A stretch of DNA of 64,000 nucleotides from Camelus dromedarius. Lineage: Eukaryota. This document shows positions 36,974 through 48,500 of the stretch, one piece after another (the stretch's first letter is position 1; each line of letters starts with the position of its first letter). Below the pieces are notes generated by a model. That model saw nothing but the letters and a program-made list of their open reading frames with translations, made no database searches and was not told the origin of the DNA. The position numbers and the translations under genes are program-made. The DNA is taken from NCBI RefSeq assembly GCF_036321535.1, contig NC_087447.1:34660001-34724000 (forward strand), given 5' to 3'.

Positions 36974-37538
36974 TTAAGTATAAACATAAGATGAATATGT
37001 ACCATTGCCATGACTAAGTAACATTTATATACATGTGGATAAAGACAAGGAAAGAGACAGGAAAAATGGCTTCCTCAAGATGGGGTGGGAAGATAATATG
37101 CCATTTTTTAAAAATGTATGTTATCCACTTTCAAAGGACATTTTCTCAAAGAAAACTCTTCAGGGTCACCTGGGAGCCTAATAAACCAGACATCTCCTCT
37201 ATCCCAGGGTCAGCGTCTGTGGGAAGTGGTAACGATTATCCCTGTAGAGCAGCAGCAAGTGAACGGGGGCAATGTTCACTATATAGAAAGCTGACAGAAC
37301 CCAAGGTGTAAAGTTAAAAATACAGGTAAGCAGCAAAGAAGGGCAGAGGTGCTAAGATACAAGCATCAGAAGCAAGTGTTGGAACCTTCCTGAAGCCACA
37401 TCATAATTAAACTGGGTCAGATGGCAGGCTTTGATAACATCAGGCTGAGGAGGGGTGCAGAGCCAAGGCATCCAGAGAAAATGAAGGCAGTTTGTCCAAA
37501 TTGGGGGTCATCTCCAGCTGACGTTAGAGGCATAGCCC

Positions 37539-38091
37539 TGTTAGGTGGTTAGATAACTGAGGGCACCGGGCAGACAGGTGGAGGAGAGGAAGGATGGTCT
37601 GGAAGATGGCATTATGCCTGCCTCCAGCATAAAGGGACTTTACTTCCTCTAAATGAGTGCCAGCAAGAAACCAGTTAGAACCCGACAGCCATGACCACGA
37701 GGTAGCAGAAAGGCCTTAACCAGACACACCCAGTGTTCACTGTAGTATAATTAACATTGCGGTTTAGGCCCCTCCCCTCCATGGTTTTTCTGTATACACC
37801 ATGTGTAAAGACATGCGCAAAAGGGGCCAAAAAAATGACTAAGCATTCCAGGGAGAAGAGCCGTCAACAATCAGAGCACCACCTCTACGTGAGGGTATAA
37901 GAGAAAGGGGATGCAGAAACCGCCCTTCTCCCTCCCTTGGCTCAGCCTGCCTGTCGTTCTTGGAGGTGCGCTTTTCCTTTTTTTTGAAATAAATCTTTTA
38001 AAATCTTTCACTACACAATGCACCATCTCCCGACAGCAAACTTATCTTTCAGGTATAAAAGGAACTGGGGTCTTTACCTTTTGGGGTAACA
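37539..38091 (+). mobile_element. ERV1-class solo LTR (553 bp)
   Basis: TGTTA...TAACA inverted termini, exact 4-bp TSD GCCC (37535-37538 / 38092-38095), TATAA at 37896 and AATAAA at 37988. Confidence 0.85.
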
Positions 38092-38269
38092 GCCCTGCTC
38101 TCCCACAAACCAGTCCTTGGGACCCCCTTGAAAGATATAATCCTGGGCTAGAGGAGCTGATCCATACTCCATGTCTTCATTCTCACAGGGATGGAGGAAT
38201 GATCTCTGCAGAAAATTCTGGAACGGAGACACTAAACAAGTAATATGGTCCAATAGGGACAGGTCCACA

Positions 38270-38500
38270 TAGTGGTCCCGACCATGGACTTGGAGCCTGG
38301 CAGACCCTGGTTTGATGACAGCTAACCACTTACTAGATTCGTGACCTCAAGATAGCCCTTAACCTCTCTGAGCCTCAGTCTCTCCATCTGTATATGAGGA
38401 ATAATAATAGGACCTACCCAGAGGATTTGTGGGAGGAGGAACTGAGATAAGGTTGATAAAATGCTTAGTATGTAAGTGCTTGATTAATATTAGCTGCTAT
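38270..38500 (+). mobile_element. MIR SINE
   Basis: CTTAACCTCTCTGAGCCTCAGTCTCTCCATCTGTATATGAGGAATAATAATAGGACCTACC. Confidence 0.85.
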
Positions 38501-40039
38501 AATTACTTTTGAAATCAGAATCCCTAAGTTTAATTTTTAGAGTAAAGTAAAGGTGTCAAATGAGCCACAGACCCTGTATTACTCACAATGAATGTGAAGT
38601 GAACATGCTCCTGTTAAACATCTCTGATGTTCACTGTTAGTTGGTGGGGTGTGGGTAGAGAAGGGGGATGAAAAACCATAAAACCCAATCAGAAGAAATG
38701 AAGACCTAAAGGAGGACCATTTCCTCAAGCGCCAGGGGAAACACCAAAGCTCCAGGTAGCCTCAGGAAATTTAATTCCAGATCTAAGCCTGATGCTTCCC
38801 AAATCTGTGATCTTGACATTTTGGAGTGTCAGTACTCCTGCAAGTCTGATGAAAACTTTGGCCCCTTCCCTAGAAAAATGCACACGTGCAGACACATATA
38901 CTATTTTACACATTATTTCAGGGTATTTATGAAGCGACATGAACATCCTAAGGTCTAGAGATAAATAAACCTAGAGTTCATGGCAAGACTTTTTAATCCT
39001 TGAACAGAAAAATTCAAATGACATCCACTTAGGATCAATTATAATGTAAGCACACATGCACAGGAGCGCACGCACACACGCATACACACACAATGCATCC
39101 TTTCTGTAGCAAAGACCAGCTGCTCCCCTCACCAGAGTTTTTGCGTGACCCTTACAAATTTCAGGGACTCATATGGTAAAGCCCAATTTTCACTCACATT
39201 CCAAAATCCAATCACTCCCTCATGTAATGGACTTCTTTCCAAATGATTACCATTCTGTGACATCCCCAAGGCACACCCCAGTTGTCCCTCCTAACCAGCT
39301 GGGCAGTCAAAGCAAGCTTCATTGCAAAGCTGTCAAGGCAAAGGCAAGAGGTTACATAATTCCAATTAGCAGAAGCCCCACCGACTCTAAACAGCTCCTT
39401 ACCACTTCATCATCTTTCCCCTCCAAGGAAATGATCACAATTGCCACCAACAACCAGGAAACAAAAGCCGACAGAATAAACATGGTGCTCACCCAGCAGA
39501 CCCCAGGATTAATGTAATCTCAAAATAAAGTCTAATAACTTTCCCCCTTTTGAACACACTTGGAATAAAATTAGCATATAAATCAAAGCTTAATTAGGAC
39601 ATTGTAACAATGAACAGCACCGGCTGGTATTAAGGGTTTCAGGCCCAATATGATGCATCGAATAAACACCATAATTAGAGAGCAAAATCAGGGCGGTCTC
39701 CTGGTAATCAATCACCCAGCTAGGTTCAAGCCTTTCAACCTGAGGGTCACCTCTGTTTTCTGTCTTGTGAATCTTGCCTTCCTGCCCATCTCTTCTGTGA
39801 GATTTCATGCATCTTGTGGGCTGGTCCCTAGCACATCTCTCCAGCCCTTGGCACTCAAAGGGAAGTCCTGGCACTAAGCAGGGATGGAAGAGACTTGCAG
39901 GTTGCACAGAGCAATAGCCTGTGGGCTTCCAGAATGAAGCCCTGATTTGTTATTTGAGCTGCATTAGGTCCTTTAGCTGCTGGTTTTACCCAATCCAGAA
40001 AAATAACTGAGGCAGAAAGCCAGGAAGCCTTAAGATAAG

Positions 40040-40270
40040 TTTCTTCTATTTTCACTATGTTCCAGCCACACTGGCTCCCTTGTTGTTCAACACACACATA
40101 CACCAAGCAAATGCCTGCTGCAGGGCCTTTACACAAGCTTTTCCTGCTCCATGGAATACTCTTCTCCCCCGTGGCTTTCTCTCTCACTTCATTCAGATCT
40201 TTCTACTAAAATGGCACTTCATCAGAGAGGTCCTCTTCACCCCTCTTATCTAAAATAGCACCTCCTATCA
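40040..40270 (+). mobile_element. L2 LINE fragment
   Basis: TCCAGCCACACTGGCTCCC...CAGGGCCTTTACAC...TGGAATACTCTTC...TCACTTCATTCAGATCT. Confidence 0.8.
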
Positions 40271-41315
40271 TTCTTGCAACTCTCTTTGCTGGAAGTTTGA
40301 GGAACCATTAAAAAGTATCCTTCTATTCCATGTTAGTTCTAATCCAATAGCAAAATAACGGGAAAGGTAAGGCAGATGAGAGAACAAAATGTCACATTTC
40401 CAATGGAACTGACATTAGAAAATGAGGCTTAACCTGGGGGCAAGTGGACCTCTGGGTACCGAGCTACAGACGAGGCAGATAGACCCACTCAGCCTGGCTC
40501 TGCTGGACCAGACAGCAGGGGACCCTAAAAGGTAAGGCTGGAGGAGCAGAGCAGGCTGGAGCTTGCTGAGAGCAGGCTCACAGCCAGCAGAAAGGAAGGA
40601 AGGAAGCACAGGGCTCACGTGCCCCATTCTTCATACCCAATTCACCAACACTAAAACAGCCCCTATCCCCTCCCTGGAGAAGTGTTCCACCATGGCGGGT
40701 GGAGGGAGGAAGATGAGGCTTCTAACCACCCCCAATCACTTTAGTTTTCTTCTTATCACCACCTGAATTACATCAGCATTTGTTTATTTGCTGTCTTCCC
40801 ACACTAAATGTAAATTTCAGGAGGGCGGTGCTTCTTTACTGCTGCATCTGGAATCCCAGGGCCTAGAACCATGCCTGATCCACAGCAGGCACTCACTACA
40901 TCGTTGTGGAATAAATAAATGGACAGAGGGAGGTTTTACTCACATCTTCTAAGAAGCACTGCATTCTTAGGCTGCACTGTGCCTGGGCTGTGGTCATCTC
41001 TATTTCTGTAGACTGACGGACTTTGGAAAAGTCCTGGTATCATTATCAATGATCTCCTTGAATATTGAGCTGACTTCTTACCTGGTGTTGCTTTTCTGAC
41101 CTCTAATTCCACCTAGATTAAGGACCATGAATGCAGGACACTGTCTTGCTCACCCTGCACCAAGCACAATAAATGGTGGCAGTGGGAGGGCAGAAGGGAG
41201 GGAGGAAGGAAAGATGGACAGATGACTCTTCTTTCTTTCTAAGCCCCCTTCCCCAGGGCTGGTTTTCTCACCCAAAGAGAAGAGGTAACCCAGCCTTCAG
41301 CACTCAAAGAGAGAA

Positions 41316-41835
41316 TGTAATAAGGAAGAACAAATCTGACTCCGTATTAGCTCTGTTCCTTTGGCTTTAACCCTGTGCTCTGTTTCCTGGGCTTAGTCAT
41401 GCTGGTTCCGCATATTTTGTAAAAGAATGCTGCCTATAGCCTGAAACACGCAGGATAGCCCATTCTCAAGGCTCTGACCTTTAAGGGTATTAACACTTTT
41501 CCATTCATATAAAGATAATATAGAAATGCAGAATAGAAAATAACATTTGTCTTATTGGAGGTTTACAGGGACACCATGACTTGACCCAGTGGACAGCTGC
41601 AAGAACAGAAGACTCCAACACCAAGAAGTTTGCAACAACCAACCACACCTCCCCTTTCTTGTATAAAAGGAGCCTGAATTCTGACTCGGGGAAGATGGTT
41701 CTCTAGGACATTAGTCTGTCATCTTGTTGGTCTGCCGACTTTCCAAATAAAGTCATTATTCCTTGCCCCAACACCTTGTCTCCCAATTTATTGTCCTGTT
41801 GTGTGGCGAGCAGAACAAGTTTGGACTCAGTAACA
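41316..41835 (+). mobile_element. ERV1-class solo LTR (520 bp)
   Basis: TGTAATAAGG...CTCAGTAACA, 4-bp TSD AGAA (41312-41315 / 41836-41839), TATAAAA at 41662 and AATAAA at 41746. Confidence 0.88.
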
Positions 41836-42559
41836 AGAAGACATCACCATCTTCACCTAACAGATGAAGCCACAGGCCAGAGAGGTTAAATAAGCTGCCC
41901 GAGGTCACACAACCAAGGTCACGGGGAGTGGTGGTAGAAGAGAGTTGGATCGAAACCTTCTGACTCCAAGGACAGGGCTTATCGGGTGACACCTGCTCTC
42001 TTAGGACTACGGGTCATAAGCCCCCAGGTCATGGCCCTGTTGGTCTGGAGAAGCTCTGATGAGGGCATCATGGCAGGCCCTCTTCCCTTCACTGTCCAGT
42101 GAGAGAGGGGTCCACATGGCTTGAAGCTGGACTTGAGCTTCCAGCCTCCGGGGACTGGGCTGAATGCTGGATATCACACTAGGGAATTCGCAGAGGTCGC
42201 CTCCAGCTTATCTGCCTCCCCTATTCTGTACCTCTTCTAAGTGTCTGCTGGCCCAGACCACCTGACCCTGCATAGAAACAGAGATCCCTGCCCAAGTCAC
42301 ACATCCTGAACATCTGGGCTCCATCTAGGCTGTGGCCCTGCTTGGGGCAGGAGGACCCAGATGGAAGTATCACAGACTGTGCCCAGAGGGACGCAGCCTG
42401 GTGAGGGGAGGCAGATACACAAACAAGTCTAGTGTGGGCTCCAGACCTGCCTCTCCTGCATCATCCCGACCCGCTGATGCCAGCTCCCATTACTGGGGAT
42501 CCACCATGGGCCAAATGTGAAGCCGAGCTCCTTTCATCCATTGGCTCATTTCCTCCACT

Positions 42560-42710
42560 ATCACCCTAGGAAGCAGCTACTATCACCATCAGTCCCATTT
42601 CACAGATGAAGAAACTGAGGCTGAGAAAGGTAAACTACTTGTGGAAAGTTCAACTGGTGGTATGTGGTGAGGACAAGACTCAAATTCACATCTATCTAAC
42701 TCCAAAGCTG
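42560..42710 (-). mobile_element. MIR SINE
   Basis: CCCATTTCACAGATGAAGAAACTGAGGCTGAGAAAGGTAAA. Confidence 0.8.
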
Positions 42711-43609
42711 GAGAGATGAAGCTTTTCCTGCCTATCCCATCCTTTCCTGGGTCTGTCTTCTCCACAGGCTGCCTTTCTCTGTGCTGTAAGAATAAAGGAT
42801 GCCTGAGCAGGAGACCTGCTATTCGGCCCCTGCACCCTCGAGCCCTTTCTGTGGAAGATTGTTTGCCAACCTACACTCATCTCTCCGCACCTTTGCTCGT
42901 GCCATTCTCTCTGCATGGAGCCCCCTTCCCCATCCTGCAAAATCCTGCTCATCCTTCAAGGCCCTGTACAAATATCACAGCCCCTGTGACCACTCTCCCA
43001 GAGCCAAATTTCATCACCCTGTTTCCCCTGCATGTAGAGCACATGCCTCAATTTCAGTGGTTCTCAAAATGTAGACCCAAGACCAGCAGGGTCAGCTGCA
43101 CCTTGGATTTTTTAGAAACGCCAGCTTGTAGACAGCAGAGCTGATGGAGTTCACAGTTTGTCCCACAGGAGGTGCTCTGTGCACTCGAAAGTGCTTCCTT
43201 TCCCGACAACCTCGTGGCTTAGTGATGTCAGCAGTGACAGGGAGGGAGGAAGGCAGGACAGACAGGAAGAACAGATCTCCGTCCTTTCTGAGCCCCCTTC
43301 CCCAGGGCCAGTAGAAAAGACATTATCATCTTCACCTAACAGAGGAGGCCAGACTGAGGGTGGAGGCATCTTAGTCGAGGGAGCCTGCCTGTGTCCCGCA
43401 GGGCAGGCCTCCTCCTCCAGCATCGCGTCTGCTTGTTGGAGAAAAGCTCCACTTGTTTTCATTCATTCCTTCCACAAAAATTAATTGACAGTCTATCAGA
43501 GACCAGATGCTGCTAAGCAGGGGGTGCCTAAGGCGAGCAAAATATTGACTCTATTCCAGTCCTCATGGAGCTTACAGTCTACTGGGGGAGACACACACCC
43601 GTAACATAA

Positions 43610-43830
43610 TGATAGCTAACTTTAAGTGCCATTTACATTTACTGGGCTTTCAATTCTCACAACCACCCTAAACGCGGGTACTACTATTATCCTTTTTCTA
43701 AGGATAAGGAAGCAGATATAAAAAAGTGAAATGCTTTGCCCAAGTTCATACAGCTTGTAGATGGCGGAGCTGATATCGGAACTCAGCAAACATTCATCCC
43801 TGCTCTTAATCACAACACAATACTATCTTA
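43610..43830 (-). mobile_element. MIR SINE
   Basis: TCTCACAACCACCCT...TACTATTATCC...TTGCCCAAGTTCATACAGCTTGTAGATGGCGGAGCTG. Confidence 0.7.
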
Positions 43831-43853
43831 AAATAATTACAAAATAATACTAT

Positions 43854-44046
43854 AACTCACAGACACAGAAAACAAACTTATGATTACCAAAGGGGCAAGG
43901 AGGGAAGAGATAAATAAGGATTCTGGGATTAGCAGATATACACTACTTTATATAAAATAGATAAACAGCAAGGACCTACTGTATAGCATGGGGAACTATA
44001 TTCAATATCTTGTAATAACCCATAGTGGAAAAGAATCTGAAAAAGA

Positions 44047-44091
<45 letters not shown>

Positions 44092-44170
44092 TACACATTA
44101 CTTAACTGCTTTGCTGTACACTTGAAACTAACACAACATTGTACATCAACTACACTTCAATAAAAATTAA
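43854..44170 (+). mobile_element. Short young L1 3'UTR with an internal (CA)16 at 44050-44081
   Basis: Homologous to 15860-16110 (ACTCACAGACACAGAAAACAAACTTATGATTACCAAAGGGG...GGAACTATATTCAATATCTTGTAATAACC...ACTTCAATAAAAA). Confidence 0.9.
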
Positions 44171-45233
44171 GTAATTATTGCTATAAACTTTGATAATGAC
44201 TCTGAAAAAATAGCACACAAGACTGCATGACAGGGGAGACTGGTACAGTCATGGGGGCAGAGAGAAATGTCCTGGTAGAAGCGACATCAGAGCTGGGGTT
44301 TGAAGGATAAGTAGGTGTTAATGAGGCGGATCAGAGAGGTGAGGGTGGTGTACAGATAAGGCCTTCCCATGCAGAGGAACAGCACTTGACAAGCCTTGAG
44401 GAGGAGGCTGAGAACCACCAGTGGCCGCAGCACTGGGGGCCGGCAGTGGAGAGGGGGCAGCTAGAGGTGGAGATGAGGTGGGAGGTGCGGGCAGCACCAG
44501 ATCAGTCAGGTACCTGTGTGCCATGTCACCAGTCTCTATCCTTGGTCCAGCCCAAGGACTTCCATTTTTCCAAAGAAATGTCATCAAACCAAGAGTCCCA
44601 CATAGAAGGATGGTCTATTATATATGAAAATGTGGTTAAAGTTCAGAAAAATCTTAACATTCGCCCACTCAGTTATTTGTAGATATTGACTGAGTGCCCA
44701 CCATGGGCCAAGCATTGTTACAGGTGTCAGGATACAGCCCCATCCTCCTGGAACATATCCAAACGATGCCCAGAGAGAAAGGACATTCTGATAACTGAGC
44801 TTTGTTTTCCTCCATCAGCCCTGTGCATGGGCTGAGGGCCAGGCACTGTGATGGGTGCTCTGTCGACTGGCATTTTTATGACAAATGAAAGGCACGTTCC
44901 ATAATCACAACAAGACCTCTTAATCACCAAAATGGACATCTTTTAACAATTTCAACAGCCACTTATAGTTCACGGGATTTGAAACATTTCTTAAGAAGCA
45001 AACATAAGATAAATCATTTTGGGCTGCTCGTAAAGTGAACTTTGCTAATAGAATCTAAGGTGATGAAATGAATGTCTACAGACCTGTAATTCATTCTGCA
45101 TAACATTTACACGCTGCACTCTGCTGAAATGTTAAAAGACTTTAGTCAGCAAATCTCAGCCCAAAGAGGAGGTGTTGAATGAACATGGATTGGTTCAAAA
45201 AGGCCTTCAGAGAGCATTTTCAAAATCGATCAG

Positions 45234-46363
45234 CTTTTCCAAAGAAGATACACAAATGGCCAACAAGTACATGAAAAGGTGCTAAACATCACAAATCATT
45301 AGGGAAATGCAAATCAAAACCACAATGAGATGTTACCTCATGCCTGTTAGAATGGTTATTATCAAAAAGACAAGAGAGAACAAATGCTGGTGTGAACGTG
45401 GAACCCTTGTGCACTATTGGTGGGAATGTAAATTCGTGCAGCCACTATGGAGAACAGTATAGATTTATTTTTAAAATTTAAAAATAATTTAAAAAATAGA
45501 ACTCCCATACGATGCAGCAATTCCACTTCTGGGTATTTATCTGAAGGAAATGAAAACACTATGCTAAAGAGAACCTTCATGTCCATAGCAACATTATTTA
45601 CAATAGCCAAGACATGGAAATAAAGTAAGTGTCCACCAGTAGATGAATGGATAAAGAGAATGTAGTGTGTGTGTACATATATATGTAAATATACTTGCAC
45701 ACACATCTAAACAATGAAATACTATTCAGCCATAAAAAAGAAGGAAATCCTGTGGGGGGGGGAGGGTATATCTCAGTGGTAGGGCACATGCTTAGCATGC
45801 ATGAGGACCTCAGTTCAATATCCAATACCTCTATTTAAAATATAAATACACAAATATACCAAAAAAAAAAAAGAAGGAAATCCTGCCATTTGTGATGATA
45901 TGGATGAAACTTGAGGGCATTATGCTAAGTGAAATGTCAGACAGACAAAAATAAATACTGTATGGTCTCACTTACTTGTGGAATCTAAAAAAAAATTTTA
46001 AAAAGAGATCAGATTAGGCAGAGGGTGGGAGATGGAAGGAAGATTTGGATGAAGGCGGTCAAAAGGTACAAACTTCCAGTTATAGGTACTGGGGACGTAA
46101 TGTACATGATGACTCAATAAACACTGCTGTATGTTACATATAAAAGGTGTCAGTAAATCCTAAGAGTCCTCATCACAAGGAAAAAAACCTTTATTTATTT
46201 TCCTTTTTTTTTTCTTTTTTTTCCCTTGAATCTATGTGAGATGATGGGTGTTCTCTAAACTTACTGTGGTCATTGTGTCCCAATATATGTAAGTCAAATC
46301 ATTATACTGTACATCTTATACAGTGCTGTATGTCAATAATATCTCAATAAAACTGGGGGAAAA
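45234..46363 (+). mobile_element. 5'-truncated L1 (L1MA-grade): decayed ORF2 C-terminus plus 3'UTR
   Basis: Translates to FSKEDTQMANKYMKRC*...[12 protein letters not shown] and [16 protein letters not shown], the cysteine-rich L1 ORF2 domain. Ends CTCAATAAAACTGGGGGAAAA. Confidence 0.92.
45753..45870 (+). mobile_element. tRNA-Ala-derived SINE (camelid vic-1-like) nested in the L1
   Basis: GGGGAGGGTATATCTCAGTGGTAG...GCTTAGCATGCATGAGG...GTTCAAT and an A-tail. Exact TSD AAGAAGGAAATCCTG (45738-45752 / 45871-45885). Confidence 0.9.
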
Positions 46364-46439
46364 TCTGTTTGCATTGTCTTTTTTTCCCTATAGAATGAAG
46401 CAAGAGGGACCCTTGTGCAGACACCACTGAAATTGTGCC

Positions 46440-46870
46440 ATCTTGCTTCCTCGTCAGACATAGGACAAAAACCAAAGTCCCTTACTTTGTCTGTAGGGCC
46501 CTACATAACTTGACCATCCCCCATTTGTGTTTCTACTACTTTCTTCTCAATTCTCCAAACCGACTGTCTTCGTGCAGTTCAAGTAAGCCAAACTCAGTCC
46601 CACCTCAAAGGCTTTTTTCTTGCTATTCCTCTGCCTGAACTGCTGTTCCCTCAGATTCGCACATAAGTGGCTTCTAGTCTTCATTAATGTCACAACTCAC
46701 ATGTCACATGCCCAGAGAAGTCTTTTCTGATCACTTTAGAGTTCCCCACCTTCAGAACTTGCCACTCTTTGAAATTATCCTGCTTTTAAATGCATTTACT
46801 TGTTTTTTCTTTAGTCTATCTCCCCCTATTGAAATAAAAGGACCATTTAGAGCCAGGACCTTGTCTTATC
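46440..46870 (+). mobile_element. L2 LINE fragment
   Basis: CCCACCTCAAAGGCTTTT...TGCTATTCCTCTGCCTGAAC...CAGAGAAGTCTTTTCTGATCAC. Confidence 0.65.
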
Positions 46871-47029
46871 AGCAGTAGAGATTTTTGACCTTGGAAGCTA
46901 CATGTAATTTTCTGTATCTCCAAGTCATTGCTTGGAAGAGAGCTACCAGATAATCACTAACAATCATTTCGGATTTCCCATGAGATTTCAGGGTTTATCT
47001 GTTACATCAGCAAGCATTTCTCCAATACC

Positions 47030-48500
47030 TTTTGGCCATTTTCAATCAGATTGTTAGCACTTTCCTAATTGACTGGCAGGAATCTTTTATATCCTGCACA
47101 GAAATCCTTTCTCTGTTATACGAGTTGCAAATAGATTTCTTGTGATCTGTCACTCAACTTTTATGTTTGTTTATGTTGCCTTTTGTTGTACAGACATTCT
47201 AAATTTTTATCTAGTCAAATCTGTCAGTATTTTACATCATATTAGGGACTTTGTTTTATGCTAAAGAAAGGCTTCCCCTAAACCAAGGTTATAAAAAATA
47301 CTCTCCAAATTCCCTTCTGGTTCTTTTTGGGGTTTTTTTCTAAGTGGATAGTTAACTATCACGATAATATTTAATTTACCTCTTATTGTCGCTATTGATT
47401 TAAAATCCCACTTCTATTATTTGCGGAAGTCCAATGTTCTCCCTGTTCTGTTCCCCAGGTAAGGTCCCCTGCACCAGTATCTTACTGTTTGAACCACTGG
47501 AGCTTTGTATCTGTGTTAGTATGTGGTTTCCATATTATGCTTTTCCTCCAGAGTTTCTCAGCTTTCATATTTATTGTTCCAGATTAATTCTAAAATAAGA
47601 TTATCTGATTCACCAAAAATATCCCAGTGGGTTCTTTATAAGTTAAATTTATGCACTAGTTTGAGAAAAATTATAATCTTTACAGTGTTGAGCCTTCTCA
47701 TGTAGAAATGAGGTATGTTATGCTATTTATTCAAGTCTTCTCTCGCATATGTAGGGAAAGGTTTATGAATTTCCACATACTGATCTTGAAATGTTCCAGC
47801 TTACAACTCTTCTTATGTGTTTTATAGGCATTATTGTTATAAATGAGAATCTTTATCCATTGTGCTGCCTAACTAGGTATTACTAATACACGTGAAGGTT
47901 ACTGCTGCTTTGTACAGTTCTCTTGTATCCAGTAGCTCAGCTAAAAATGCTTAATAGTCCATCTTCTTAGATAGCTCAGTCACACAATCTCACTATGTTC
48001 ACATAATTATAATTTTGTCTATTTCCTCCAATATTTGTAGCTCTCATTTCTTCCTCTTATGCCGCTGCTCTGGCTAAGACTCCAGCACCATCTTGACTAA
48101 TCCCAGGAACAGGAGGCTCATTGCACAGTCCTTGTCCTTACTAGAGGGGCCTCTACTATTGCACGACTAAATGTGATGTTTGCTGCTCACTTCTTACACT
48201 CTTTCTCTTTCAAACTTTTCCTCCTCTTCAGAATTTACTGAAAGTTTTAATTAGGCAAAGATGTTGAATTTTCTGAAATGTATCCCAGCACTCGTGGAGA
48301 AAGTCATATGGTTTTTCTCCTTTAATCTATTAGTAAAATGAATTCATTAACATATTTCCTAATGTTGAGCCATACTGGCTTTCCTAGAACCAGATGGTCT
48401 GTTGTACTTTTAATGCTTTTCTGGATTTGGTTTGTTAATGTCCTATATAGAATTATTTGTGTTTATATTCACAGTAATATGGAGCCATTTGAGGCCAGTT
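47030..48500 (-). mobile_element. Highly decayed old L1 (ORF2 region), antisense
   Basis: T-rich sequence with antisense L1 motifs such as TTGCAAATAGATTTC, TGTTGAATTTTCTGAAATG, TCATATGGTTTTTCTCCTTTAATCT and CTAATGTTGAGCCA. Confidence 0.7.

Noticed and set aside
37846..37856. Possible STAT1 GAS site in the solo LTR
   Set aside because: TTCCAGGGAG does not fit TTCNNNGAA.
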